A DNA stretch of 62,697 bases, counting the filler, from Globobulimina sp. (taxonomy: Eukaryota): the NCBI GenBank assembly GCA_003354225.1. It is 36 parts of 36 records of this genome, joined end to end, with 100 filler letters (N's around TTAATTAATTAA, not from the genome) between each part and the next. Parts side by side here need not be neighbours in the genome. Positions count along the whole stretch, not along the records: positions 36,645 to 38,288 come from PIVH01013695.1; positions 38,389 to 40,032 come from PIVH01013696.1; positions 40,133 to 41,776 come from PIVH01013697.1; positions 41,877 to 43,520 come from PIVH01013698.1; positions 43,621 to 45,264 come from PIVH01013699.1; positions 45,365 to 47,008 come from PIVH01013700.1; positions 47,109 to 48,752 come from PIVH01013701.1; 29 more parts are not named here. One strand, written 5' to 3'. The position numbers and the translations under genes were made by a program. How positions within the stretch are numbered: the stretch's first letter is position 1; every line of letters starts with the position of its first letter. The notes beneath the pieces were generated by a model. That model saw only the letters and a program-made list of their open reading frames with translations, ran no database searches and was not told where the DNA came from. Positions 36,545 through 48,852 of the stretch are shown here, one piece after another.

Positions 36545-37012
36545 NNNNNNNNNNNNNNNNNNNNNNNNNNNNNNNNNNNNNNNNNNNNTTAATTAATTAA
36601 NNNNNNNNNNNNNNNNNNNNNNNNNNNNNNNNNNNNNNNNNNNNCGAACAAACCGTTCGAAATCCATATCAATAGTTGATATGTATCCTCTCTCTATATA
36701 TAGCTCTGGAGAGATTATTTAAGTCTTAATTTAATGATTTCTTGCAAAGCAAACAACTCAAAGGTCAAGAAAGTTAGATCAACAGTGCATAAATAATCTA
36801 AATACTGGTAATGGATGTGCGGTTTTATAATGTTTATAACCATTACATAAAAATTTCAAAGCAATTGATTTATAAATTGTATTTCTTGATTTTCTTCATT
36901 ACCTGCATGTTCTGCACAGGATATTTATGTTTCTGAAAAATAACCATAAAGTGCGCGCGTGTTAAAAACTCAACGTTAGTATTCTCATGAGAGTGTCCAT
37001 AATATAATGTTT

Positions 37013-37172
37013 AGATGTCCTATGCTAATATCCAAGCAATGCGAAATCCTAAAAACTGCATCCGAAAGATTCAGTTGTCATTGCAGCTATGTTGTTAATG
37101 TCAATGACAACTGAATGCTCCGGATGCTGTTTTTAGAATTTCGCATTGATTAGATATTGGCATAATACATCT
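37013..37172. repeat. Long imperfect inverted repeat 1 (71-bp arms, 18-nt loop)
   Basis: 37013-37083 versus 37102-37172: 61/71 complementary, no indels. Confidence 0.92.
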
Positions 37173-37507
37173 TAAGGATATTGATACGCCAAAAAATTCG
37201 TTTTTTCCATTTATGTGTCCATGAATATTTAATGTTTTTGATTCCAAATCTTGTCCTAATTTATTGCTAATGCTTGAAATATTGAATATTCAAGTAATGT
37301 TTTCTTACTGTTTTTATCTGTAAAAACAATGGAGTCTGGATTGGCAGAAGGATGGGATATGGAATGTATGGGATGCAGTTATGTTGTTAATGTTCAATAT
37401 TTCAAGCATTAGCAATAAATTAGGACAAGATTTAGTATCAAAAACATTAAATATTATGGACACAATTATGGAAAAAAACGAAATTTTTGGCGTATCAATA
37501 TCATTAA
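37172..37507. repeat. Long imperfect inverted repeat 2 (about 119-bp arms)
   Basis: 37172-37290 versus 37389-37507 are nearly fully complementary. Confidence 0.92.
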
Positions 37508-37597
37508 ATCTGACTCAAAATCAAAACGAAAAAAGAAAAAAGCACAAAAACAAAAAGCAAAGCATCTAACAAAAATAGGTCTGAACAGTAATTAAGA

Positions 37598-38288
37598 TTA
37601 CAACCTGGCAATACATAAGGTATCTTCTTTCTGATCAAATGAATTTGTTGTGATATTTAATGATATTTTAAATTGTGTTTGATTTAATTGATTTAACTCT
37701 TTATTCATCAAAATATATTCATTATATATCCAACTACAACCATTCCATTCATGTACTGCTTTTATTTGTATACTTTTCAATGAGTTATGTTTAAACAAAA
37801 TATCTCCCCAAAATAAACTAAAAAATGATGATAATAAAAATGGAAATGTTACATAACCACTACTACCAGTTGTATAAAATAAGATTGTTTCTAAGTTTGT
37901 AAACAATGATAATATGACTGGTTTAAATATATTATTATTTGATACTTTATTTTCACCCCTTTCCAATGGATACATCAATAAACCTAATATTTCTGAGGGA
38001 AAATCCTTATTTAATAAATGCATATTTATAATAATATTTTTTTTATTTTGTGTAAATATTTGCCATGTTTTATAAATATATTCATCATATTCAATATCTA
38101 ACATTTTATTCAATGAATAACAACATAAATGTTCCAAGAAATCAATATCTTTCTTATTCACTCTTTTTATTAAATTATTCCCACTCATATCACTTCCATT
38201 TATCATAGACTCAAAGCAAAAGAGTGGTTTAAAAAATACACTGAAATTCTTCTTTGTGACAACATTAATAATGGTTTCCACTCTGATT
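37598..38288 (-). CDS. Hypothetical protein C-terminus
   Basis: Open frame of more than 227 aa in very AT-rich DNA. Confidence 0.7.
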
Positions 38289-38388
38289 NNNNNNNNNNNN
38301 NNNNNNNNNNNNNNNNNNNNNNNNNNNNNNNNTTAATTAATTAANNNNNNNNNNNNNNNNNNNNNNNNNNNNNNNNNNNNNNNNNNNN

Positions 38389-39524
38389 TTCTGTCTTCGA
38401 TCCAAACTCAACAAATTCCTTTGTTTCTGTGGAATATTTTTAATATTTCTGCATGCAATCAACGTCATAATATCGCCAATCTCTTGCAACAATTTCCGAT
38501 TATTATATTTTTTCTTTGTTTTTGGCAATAAATGTTTCAAATTGTATTTAAACGCTTCGTTGATTTTATTGCATATAATCAATTCAATCAAATGTTGTTT
38601 ATGTAGTTCTAATAAGACATCATCACTCACACAACCACCCACATTATAATTATTGCATAATATCAAATCTATGGCTAACAGCATATTCCCACTATTTATA
38701 CTCGCCACAATATCTGAGCGAATTTTAGTGATTTTGCTTTCACCGCTCATCAACGAATCACTTTCAGTTTGCGTTTCGGTCTGCGATTCCTTACCAAACT
38801 CCATCGCAATATCATAGTCCCCCTCACATAATAAATAATCCATAATCAATTTATTGGTGTCTTGAGGCTCAATCTCTACACTTTCCATTCTGCGCTCGTA
38901 CTCTCTCCAATTTATGCGCCACGTTGCTTTATTTTTGACGCGAAATTGATCAAAATCCATGGCAGAGACCTTCATATTTTTACCTTTATGTTCAGCATCG
39001 GGTTCGTTGTCATTTGCATTTGCGGGCTGTTGCGGCTGTGCTTGCTGCGCTAATCTGTTATGTCTGTGATGTCTATGCCTATGATGACCGTGAGCGTGGC
39101 TGTGATGTTGAGAGTGTGTATGTTGTTGTTGTTGAGCTGCGGCGGCTAATAATTGTTGATGTGCATGTTGTGCCTGTTGCTGATGTTGCTGTGCTTGCTG
39201 TTGTTGATGGGCATGTTGCGCAGCAATTAATTGTTGATGTTGTTGTATTAATAATTGTAAGTGTTGGGGTATGGCAGTTAATGATGATATATTTGCAGGA
39301 GGAGAGGTTGAAGAGGAGGTTGACGACGATGCTGTGGACGATGTTGTCGATGATGGAGATTGTTGACGTACTAATTGTTGTAAGCGGTTATATTGATTGC
39401 TTACATCTGTGACAGATCCAAATGGATGGTTCCTATTTCTATTCATTGTTACTGGGTCACGAAATGATATGTTATTTGCTACCCGTCGAGGGTGTCGATT
39501 TCGACGTGGATTTCTTTGATACAT
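38389..39524 (-). CDS. GID8: LisH/CTLH protein, GID8/TWA1-like, with Q/H-rich N-terminus (3' partial)
   Basis: NKLIMDYLLCEG..AMEFGKES (LisH), RSDIVASINSG..AI (CTLH), LHKQHLIELI. Confidence 0.8.
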
Positions 39525-39715
39525 TAGTTAAAAACGCAGCGCAAGCATTGATTCAACTCTTCAGTTAGAGGTTTTTGAGTAAGTAAGCTAGTTTTATATC
39601 ACTAGTAATTTTTAGGCACATATCCTTGCACAAACTGTAGCAACAAACTGAATAAAATAAAATTAATATTTATATATTGCTTAGTCCAAAATGTCAAATA
39701 TGTATATTATTTATA

Positions 39716-40032
39716 TTACTTATATATTTTCTCCAATTTTCCAAGTTTCTTGAACCTATCCTCAATAACCTGCGACAATTCTGGTTTGCCAATACATTGC
39801 AAATCATATTTGGCTCTTACAATGGGTTTATTAGCTTTTATAATCCGCGACAAATCAATCGGTGTTCCCGAGATCACCGCATCACAGTCTGTGGCATTTA
39901 TGGTCGCTTCCAAATCACGAATCTGTTCGTCACCATAACCCATTGCCGGTAGTAACGGTCCGATATCCGGATATTGCTCAAACGTCTCCTTTAACGTTCC
40001 CACCAAAAACGGGCGTGGGTCAATAATGCGCA
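39716..40032 (-). CDS. COG2403 family (cDPG synthetase / arginine synthetase ArcE-like) C-terminus
   Basis: IIDPRPFLVG..ETFEQYP.IG.LLPAMGY..EQIRDLEATIN...CDAVISGTPIDL.R..NKP.VR..Y.L. Confidence 0.85.
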
Positions 40033-40132
40033 NNNNNNNNNNNNNNNNNNNNNNNNNNNNNNNNNNNNNNNNNNNNTTAATTAATTAANNNNNNNNNNNN
40101 NNNNNNNNNNNNNNNNNNNNNNNNNNNNNNNN

Positions 40133-40215
40133 GTAGGTGGAGGATGTGTAGGTGGAGGATGTGTAGGTGGAGGATGTGTAGGTGGAGGATGTGTAGGTGG
40201 AGGATGTGTAGGTGA
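40133..40215 (+). repeat. 15-bp tandem repeat GTAGGTGGAGGATGT x5
   Basis: Directly visible at the contig start. Confidence 0.95.
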
Positions 40216-40576
40216 AGGCGGTGGGGGAGGTTATAAAGGATGAGGAAGAGGCTATGGCGGCATAGATTTATGACGCAAAAATTATTGTGATGATCACATC
40301 CATCCTTTTTGCTATTTTTTTTATAACATTTCTGAGAAAATGATGAATTTAAAGCTGATAAAGAACAGATAAAGGTCGTTATTTTCACTTTAAACTGCTC
40401 TAAAACAAGTGAAATGTGGTGACAGCAAACATATATGCGTTTATATTGTCCGTACGAATAGAATTTTGAAATGAATCAATATTGCTCTTCAAAATGCAAT
40501 TTTGAAAATATTAAATCTTGAAAATATAGGTTCTCCATTTCTCAGGAATATTATAAAAAAAAAATCAATGTGGATC

Positions 40577-40639
40577 GATGTGATAGCTCATTGAGAGCAT
40601 CTTATTAAAGAAGATTTGGGTTCAAATCCCATCATCACA
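40577..40639 (+). ncRNA. Minimal tRNA-like element / SINE head, copy 2
   Basis: TAGCTCATTGAGAGC ATCTT-ATTAAAG-AAGAT TTGGGTTCAAATCCCA TCATCACA, then a T-run. Confidence 0.75.
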
Positions 40640-40943
40640 TTTTTCTATTTATTTTTTTGTAATTTATTCTCTGCTTTTTGAGTCTCAAATTTCTGTTTTT
40701 TGTTTCTATTTTATATGGCATGTTTTTCGTTTCTATTTTATTAAATAAAACACTTCCATGTCTGCTATAAAAAACAAATAAAGTTACTTTTATGGCGTTT
40801 TTTGGACATAAAATAAGATTGTTTCCAGCTTGTACCATCAATTCTGGACGTGTACCAACTGCATTCAGGTTCTGAAACAAAAGTGATCGAAGACATGAAT
40901 TTGCAATAAACAGTCTTTTTCAAAAAAAAGGTACACTGTGTGA

Positions 40944-41555
40944 ATGGATGCAAAACATGGTGTCCCTTCTTTAGTTTTGATATGCGTCTTTTGGTTGTTA
41001 TCAATATTACTTTTATCATTCTTTATTACAGCAGGTTCGAGTAAAAGTTGTCATTGTAATTACTATTCAGGAGATTTTGAAAATATAAATGATGCTGGAA
41101 CCTGTAAACATTGTGAAAGCTGTACCAATGGAAATTGTAAATGTTTATCTTCTGGAGAGTGTTCAACCACTTTTACAATTGTAGGCATAGTGGTTGTAAT
41201 AATAATAATCGCCATATTTGCTGGTTATTGTAGACGGAGAAGGAGAAGATTCAGAATGCGACAATTTAATCAGCCAGCTGTTATTGTACAACCTGCGACT
41301 TATATTGCACCAACAACACAGTCCAAACAAGCGGTTGTTATGAATTCACAAAATGTTCAATACGTCAATGATAGACCTGTTATTTACGTACAACCGCAAT
41401 ATATTGCACATGCTAATCCTGTAAGTACGCAATTGCAACATGTACAACAGGCGCAACCGGCAGTATATCCCACTCTCAATCATCAAAATGTGACAACAAG
41501 TGATGCTCCGCCTAGCTATGACACTGTAGCTCCGTCGGCACCTCAACAAAATTAA
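40944..41555 (+). CDS. Shisa-like single-pass protein
   Basis: Signal/TM segment, small Cys-rich ectodomain, TM plus RRRR, P/Q-rich tail with PPSY. Confidence 0.8.
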   Translation: MDAKHGVPSLVLICVFWLLSILLLSFFITAGSSKSCHCNYYSGDFENINDAGTCKHCESCTNGNCKCLSSGECSTTFTIVGIVVVIIIIAIFAGYCRRRRRRFRMRQFNQPAVIVQPATYIAPTTQSKQAVVMNSQNVQYVNDRPVIYVQPQYIAHANPVSTQLQHVQQAQPAVYPTLNHQNVTTSDAPPSYDTVAPSAPQQN

Positions 41556-42258
41556 AAAACCAAATATCGTGTTTCTACTTTTATATTGTTAATAAATTAT
41601 TTGCCATTCTTCAATTTTTTCATTCATTTTTCTATTCAGTACGTGGTGTCAACCACCACTTAATTCCCGTTCTCTTTTTCAATTTTTTCCATTTTTTATT
41701 TTCTTTTCCCTGTTTTATTTGTAGTGGTTATCACCACAAAATTCTTTCTTTTTCTATTCAAAATTTCATCCGTTTGNNNNNNNNNNNNNNNNNNNNNNNN
41801 NNNNNNNNNNNNNNNNNNNNTTAATTAATTAANNNNNNNNNNNNNNNNNNNNNNNNNNNNNNNNNNNNNNNNNNNNGAGTCCACAAAGGACAGAAAAGTG
41901 AAACCATTGTATGAAGGTAACTGAATGAATAAACATTGAGCTTTCTTGAGAATATATGCTTATATACAAAAATCAAAGAAGACAACACAGATCAATGGAA
42001 ATATAAACACAAGAAAAAATAATTTGAGCGTACACGTAGATCAAATCGCAAAGCAAAACTGTATATAATTAATATTTGTTTGTTAGGGGAAGATATAATT
42101 CATATAAATGTATTGCACATACTGTGACATACAGAACAATCAAATTTATGTCAGCCAGCCAATAATGAACACTTATTTTAATACGGGACTATTTTGGATG
42201 GGATGAATGTATAAATTAACAGGCTCTGTTTGAGATCATTTTATTTAATATTATATAA

Positions 42259-43520
42259 TTATTTGGCGAATGATATCGATATCACCGCAATGAATAAAGT
42301 TCCTAAGGCTGCACGCAACATCACCGTAAACTTAGCGTCAATTGACATTCCCAACACTTGTATTGTATCACTTCCATTTTGAACATCTTGTATCATTTGA
42401 TTCGCCACAGATTGTTGAATGTCATTTTCATATTTTCTTAATTCTAATTCCCCATTGTTCTTTATTGAAAAAACATTATCTCCCGCATATTTTCTCAACG
42501 CCATTGATTCTCTACGTATCATCTTAATATGTGATAACTGGCTCGAATGATAATTTGTTGCATTGGATACTAATAAAAATGTCATTGCTATGACGTAAAT
42601 TAAATAAATTGTCATGGAAACAATCTCTATATCTAATAAATTCTGAATAGTTAAAATACTATTCACCAAATACCCCCCTAAAGTAAGCGAACATAATGTT
42701 ACAATACCAACAAGTAAACCTAATGCTGATGTATACATTTTGACAATACTGTTTGCATAAAAATTTCTTAATTGCCACCATCCAATTAAATCATCAGTAG
42801 TTTCTGCATTTATTGGCGCTGCTAATTCATCCATAATAATTGCTGGGAATTTATAATGTAAATAAATTGTATTCAAACCATAAATGAGCAATGTAGCAAA
42901 AACAGCATCATATACCAAATACGCAGTTATTACTATAGCTGTTACGGTGTCATTATCACGCCAGGTATGCCAGTCCAATATTCCTCCTCCAACGTAATGC
43001 ACAAGAAAAACAATCACGAATATACAAAACAATTCGACTCTGCGATCATAGGTTTTACAAAATTTGCGATCCCATTTATCAGTAAATTTTTTACTTTCCT
43101 TCCAATCTTTTAATCGTTGTTCAATTTGATATTCAATATTTTTGGCATTTTTGTATTTTTTGAATATTGATTTTTTCTGTTCTTCAATTTCTATAATTAA
43201 TATATATAGATACTCAAGAAAGTGATTACGTGATCAATAGATTTGAAATGGTACGTAATGACTTCATCAAATATATAAAAAAGAACATGTAAACTCACCT
43301 TTCTCACATTTTACAGTTTTGTGTAAAATAAGAAATCCAAAATGCATTATCACTGGCAATAGTGCTGTGACAACCGAAGTTCTCAGCCAATATGCAAAAG
43401 TAGCAAAACTGTTACGAACAACCTCCAAAACTGACGAGCACATAATACATACTAATAATAATAATCCAGCATAAGGTCTTAGTTCAAAATCAAATAAATT
43501 GATTTCAGTATCATTTTGAT
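42259..43520 (-). CDS. Multi-pass membrane protein, gustatory-receptor-like/7TMIC candidate (5' partial; intron 43191-43298)
   Basis: Six or more TM segments; C-terminal IQVLGMSIDAKF followed by a last helix. Confidence 0.7.
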
Positions 43521-43620
43521 NNNNNNNNNNNNNNNNNNNNNNNNNNNNNNNNNNNNNNNNNNNNTTAATTAATTAANNNNNNNNNNNNNNNNNNNNNNNN
43601 NNNNNNNNNNNNNNNNNNNN

Positions 43621-44284
43621 TCCTTTTTGTTTGGTTTCAGATACATTTTGCCGCAATAAAGTGGCCATCAATGCGGTTAATGATTGTAAGTCTTTGCGTT
43701 TTTGATGCGTTTTTATTGCAGAATCAAATTCATTTTGTAATTTCAATGCAAATGCCCGATCTGACCATATCATATTGGTATTATATTTATGATCTTCCTC
43801 ATCTTGTAATTGGTTTGCTAAATTAAAATCATTTATTGATTGTTGTTCAGTACGTTTTTTCCCATTTTTTAAAGTACCACATATTTCACAATATTGTAAA
43901 CCATAATGATTTAACATTGTACATAGAGTACACTTCCATTGACCTACTTGTGGTTGCGTAGATTTATCAATATTTGATTTGTTTTCACATTCATCATCAT
44001 TTAAGAATGAATTTGTTGATATTTCTTTATGTAATGATTGCTGTTTTTCATAATAATCTAGCATACTCGTATAGTTATGTGGTAATGATGGCTGTTGTGT
44101 GACAGTGACACTGCTGTATAATCAAAAGGAATTATAATTATAAAACACGTACTTGTTGTGATGATTGATTTGATTTAGATTTGATTTTATGGACTGATGA
44201 ACGTGGTGTATCACACATGTCACATTGTAAGTTGGTATTTTGATTGGTAAACTCACATAAAATGCAACACCAGTCAGAAGACAT
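43621..44284 (-). CDS. Double RanBP2/NZF zinc-finger protein with MIU-like motifs (spliced, partial)
   Basis: WCCILCEFTN..CDMC, WKCTLCTMLN..CEIC, DFNLANQLQDEE, DRAFALKLQNE. Confidence 0.8.
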
Positions 44285-44435
44285 TATTGTTTAGACAGTT
44301 TTGTAGAAAAACTTGATATAGTTCACGAACATGGCATATTTTCCTTTGGATCGCGCGTCATGTTAGGAATAATTATTCAAAACGAGTGATCTCAATGATC
44401 AGAATAAAAGTACAATGCATTAAATTAGCACTGCT

Positions 44436-45264
44436 TTAAATATTATACCATAGAATCACCACATTGCTCAAACATAGGCAGATAACAAACATATTATTAT
44501 GTAAATTACAGCCATCATTCATTTCATTTTCGACTATTCCATCATTTGTAATTCTGTTTTGTTTTTGTAACAATTTTAAAGTTTTGAGATGAACATCAGA
44601 CATCTTACTCAATTCCAATAAGATATTATCACTCACATTCTTCATATACTTGCATTGATTCCCATCATTATTAATCTTTCCATCCATATAATCTTTATTC
44701 AATGTATCATTTCCTTTCGTATATTTACTGTCAATTAAAGAATATGGAAAAGAACACTGTGCAAACTGCGAGACACAGTTACTTTGAATATTTAGATCTG
44801 CCGCAAACCGAACAATGTTATTCTCATTCATCCAAACATCAACAATACAGGTTCTCGGAATTGTGTTTGGAACCACACCGCCATTCTGCAGAACTTTTAA
44901 TTGCTGAATCTGAGCATTATTCAAATATGCACCAGAATGCACATTATTAATCAGTATGTTTACTCCATTCTGGATGCGAATATTATTCTTTTCGTAGAAA
45001 CGCATTGCAAATACATCGCCGCGCGCCGAGAGCAAATCATTAATAAAAATGTTTGTGTTTGCTGTGATATGGCCGGTGGACGCAATAAATGTGATGGCCT
45101 GGACTTGGTTGCCAGTGTAACCAATCTGTGCCGGATATTGCTGATTGCGATGACCGCCATTCTTTGCAGAGAAATATTGTCCGCATTTGTTCATCTCTCC
45201 AAAGCCGCCAATGTTGTGCACATTTTCTATATTTATAAATCCGTCAAAAGTTATATTGAGCACA
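44436..45264 (-). CDS. Hypothetical Asn-rich protein C-terminus
   Basis: 275-aa open frame with a hydrophobic end. Confidence 0.7.
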
Positions 45265-45364
45265 NNNNNNNNNNNNNNNNNNNNNNNNNNNNNNNNNNNN
45301 NNNNNNNNTTAATTAATTAANNNNNNNNNNNNNNNNNNNNNNNNNNNNNNNNNNNNNNNNNNNN

Positions 45365-45810
45365 AATTAGAAAATGAGATTCCACCGCGTTTAATTAATC
45401 AAACATTGGAATTGGATAAAGCTTTGAGTTTAGAGAATGTGGCGAATGTATCAGATTTATCATGCAAAGCGAATCCAAACCGTACATTCGATCCAAATGA
45501 CTCAATTTTGGAGTTAAATCCGTACGGCGAGTTCGACAATGATTGGGAGGAAGAAACGTTGATATTCGATCAAAATTTGATAATTAGTCACGAAAAAGAC
45601 ATAAATTTAGATACGTGTTTGGAGTTTAATGCAGCATCAAAAGCAGAGGAAATCTTGGAATTATTGGAAGACAAAGAGCAAGATTTAAAGATACACGATT
45701 TTAAACCACGAAGAGAGTCATTCGAATGTAGGTGGAAGAAGTGGGAAAGAGAAGAATTATTAAAACTAAAACCAGGCGAAAAGTACGAGCCATTCGTTTC
45801 AATGTTATAG
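45365..45810 (+). CDS. Hypothetical acidic protein C-terminus
   Basis: Open frame to TAG, followed by a T-rich UTR. Confidence 0.6.
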
Positions 45811-46297
45811 TTTAGTATACGTTGCGTTATTATCGTGGTGTGGAGTGTGGCGACGTTTTTTAGTTATTTTTATCATTGTTAATTAGTTTATTTTTATATA
45901 ATTCGTATTGGTTTGACCTGGTTTGTTGTGGATTCATCCACTTTGTTTACTTTTTTGTCAACCAATTTAGAATTTGTTTTGTTTATTATTTAAATTGAAT
46001 CATTATTTGTATTTGATTCATTTATATTGAGTTATTTTTTCACGTGTTTTGTTTTATTTTTGCCTTTGTTTGTTTGACTTTTGGTGTTTTCTAAAGTTTG
46101 AGTGTTTGTAGTTTTTTTGTGATTGAACTTTTTAACAGTCTTCAATTTTAACACTTTGATAATGGCTACTTTACGTTAGCCGAAAGCTCAGTGATATTAA
46201 CAACAGATTCAACTAATTCACACTATAATCTACACACAGTTTATTATATTAATTAAAGTTAATTATATAATTCATATTATTAATTATTTAGATAAGT

Positions 46298-47008
46298 TTG
46301 AGCGGAAAACAGCAAAACAAGATACAATTCATTTTTAAAGGTAATAGATTTAAAGAAGGTGAGGTTGTTGTTTGTGAGTATGAAACATTGGGAGAGTATG
46401 GCTATTGGCCATGTGTTGTGAAAAGAAATAAAATATTGATGGGAAGATGTTTATTTTATTGGATGGGAAGATGCAAAGTATGTTACAATTATTCGCAAAT
46501 TTGAGAAATCGTTTTTTTTGTTGTTGTGTGCAATTATATTACAGTCATGTGACTCAACGAGCAAAATTGAGCAAATGGAATCCAAATATTGTGCAAAATA
46601 TGACTTTTTCCAACGAATGGACGGCAAAATTCAATGAAGCTGCTGAAATGGCAAATGAATTATACGTAAATGTTTAGTATTTCAGTATTTGTTTGATTAT
46701 TTTCATAAGAACGGTTTTTTAAAAATAGCAAATCGTTTTTTTTTTTGGTTTGTAATAATGTAATTAATAAATGCGAAGAATCAAGACAAAGACCAAGACA
46801 ATGACCAAGATATGGATGAAAAGGATGGAAGTGGCACATCCAAACATGAATTGGATGAAGATGATGATACACCAATGTATTTTGCGCAAACCAATGGTAC
46901 AAATACAAATAATTCAAATAGTAAACGGAGTGGAAATGAAAATGGAGATATGTTTTTAAATGCATTTAAAGACTGGTTGGAGAATGAGGTAAATTTACCG
47001 CAATATCT
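46298..47008 (+). CDS. PWWP-like plus SAM-like domain protein (spliced, possibly frameshifted)
   Basis: FKEGEVV..YGYWPCVV, KFNEAAEMA, FKDWLENEVNLPQY. Confidence 0.5.
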
Positions 47009-47108
47009 NNNNNNNNNNNNNNNNNNNNNNNNNNNNNNNNNNNNNNNNNNNNTTAATTAATTAANNNNNNNNNNNNNNNNNNNNNNNNNNNNNNNNNNNN
47101 NNNNNNNN

Positions 47109-47591
47109 AACATTAACATTAATATTGAAGATCGCAAAATTACAAAACAAAATATTGATGGCTATACCACCACATATTCAAACAATTGGATTGATTCAAC
47201 AATACCTTATATTTTTAGATGGGAATTTAAAATAAATAAAAAAAGCGGTGCCGGCGGAATGGTGATAGGAATCACATCCATTGATACGGAGAGCGATGCA
47301 CATTTTTGTAACAACAAAGAGTCAATAAATTATTGCTATTATCATCAAGGATCCATACAATCAAAACGTGTGAATAAACGGTACGGTAAAACATATGGAA
47401 ATGGTGATGTGGTTACAATGGAATTAAATTTAGTGACAAGACAATTAAGTTACTACCAAAATGGTAAACATTTAGGAATAGCATATGAAAATATAGAACA
47501 AGGAGATGGTGTTAGTTATAAATTAGCCATTTCTTTATACCAAAAACATGATAACATTTCTTGGTTGTCATTTGAATCACTTTCACCCTGA
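47109..47591 (+). CDS. SPRY/B30.2 domain protein C-terminus
   Basis: WEFKI..MVIGI, YGNGDVVTMELNL..LSYYQNGKHLGIAY. Confidence 0.88.
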   Translation, partial: NININIEDRKITKQNIDGYTTTYSNNWIDSTIPYIFRWEFKINKKSGAGGMVIGITSIDTESDAHFCNNKESINYCYYHQGSIQSKRVNKRYGKTYGNGDVVTMELNLVTRQLSYYQNGKHLGIAYENIEQGDGVSYKLAISLYQKHDNISWLSFESLSP

Positions 47592-47615
47592 GTTTAATAA
47601 AAAAAAAGTTAGATA

Positions 47616-48752
47616 ATGCCGTCGCAAAATGAAAAGCGTCGTTCGTCTGCATTACAACCAACAGATAAATCGTATTTGCTTGGTCATGGCGTATCGCATA
47701 AACAGTCTTTTAAAGTATGGAATCGAGTGTATGACATTATTACAATGTGTATTACCATCATAGATCTGTTGACAGATATTTTATTAATATCACAATTTTA
47801 TTATTCCTCAAACGCAATGACATTTTTTTGGTTTTCCTTATCATTTCTATTATTAACCCACATTATTTATGTAATACTAATATTGGTCAAAGTTGGTTCA
47901 GAATTAAGCACCGTCCAACAGATCCTTTGCTTTCTCTGTTTATTGCCCGTATCGCCATTTCTGCCGTACATTATTTATTCAGCGTCATGGCCGGATTCAT
48001 GGATCGCAATAAATATCATTGACCGATTTGGCTTGGAACGGATTAGTTGGGATCATTCATATCGATTACCTGCGTGGAAAAGGTTTGTGTCAGAAAAATT
48101 AGTAACAAATATTGCATTCATTATAGAATCTGTTTGTGAATCATTTCCATTATCAATCATTCAAATCATTGCCATCGTTTCTTTTCAAGAATACAAGAAT
48201 CCAATTTATTTATCTTCGATTGCCTTTAGTTTGTTATCAATTGTATGGAAATCAGTATTGGTCGCTTCTGGCGCTTCCATATCATCCTCGGTTTACAAAT
48301 GGTTATGTTTTGTCACTGATTTTTATTCCACACTGTTTGTCATGATATCCTGGGCATTTCTATCAACACAAATACACAACAATGATTTCTTTGGACTCTT
48401 AAATATCTCTCAAGGACTCTCATTATTGGCTTATATCTATATTTATAAGGTATTATTTTTAGTATCGCCGTTAATTATATTTGTGGTCATCTTGTTGATA
48501 TTTGAACTGTCCATCGATTCAATTCATGATTTTCTATGTTGGCAATCAAGATCTTTTGTATTATTAATTGTGTGTTATGTACCTTTTGTAATTATAGTGG
48601 TAATCATCGTAGTTTTGTTATCTCTGATATTGGCATTGTTGGCTGCTGAATTTATGATGTTATCATGGAGCGCATGGTTCGTTGAAATGTTTTTCAATCA
48701 GAGATATAAATGGGCGGATAAACCAATGTTTTGGCATATTATTGTCAAGAAT
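47616..48752 (+). CDS. XK-related-like multi-pass membrane protein (3' partial)
   Basis: DLLTDILLI..FY and ESVCESFP..IIQ motifs; many TM segments. Confidence 0.75.
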
Positions 48753-48852
48753 NNNNNNNNNNNNNNNNNNNNNNNNNNNNNNNNNNNNNNNNNNNNTTAA
48801 TTAATTAANNNNNNNNNNNNNNNNNNNNNNNNNNNNNNNNNNNNNNNNNNNN

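Noticed and set aside
40133-40388. LHILH ORF, or a ciliate-code PPPTH protein
   Set aside because: Several frames of the 15-bp repeat look equally plausible, so the frame cannot be determined.
41643-41737. Small MITE (GTGGTGTCAACCAC ... GTGGTTATCACCAC)
   Set aside because: Only 14/17 match, no TSD, seen once.
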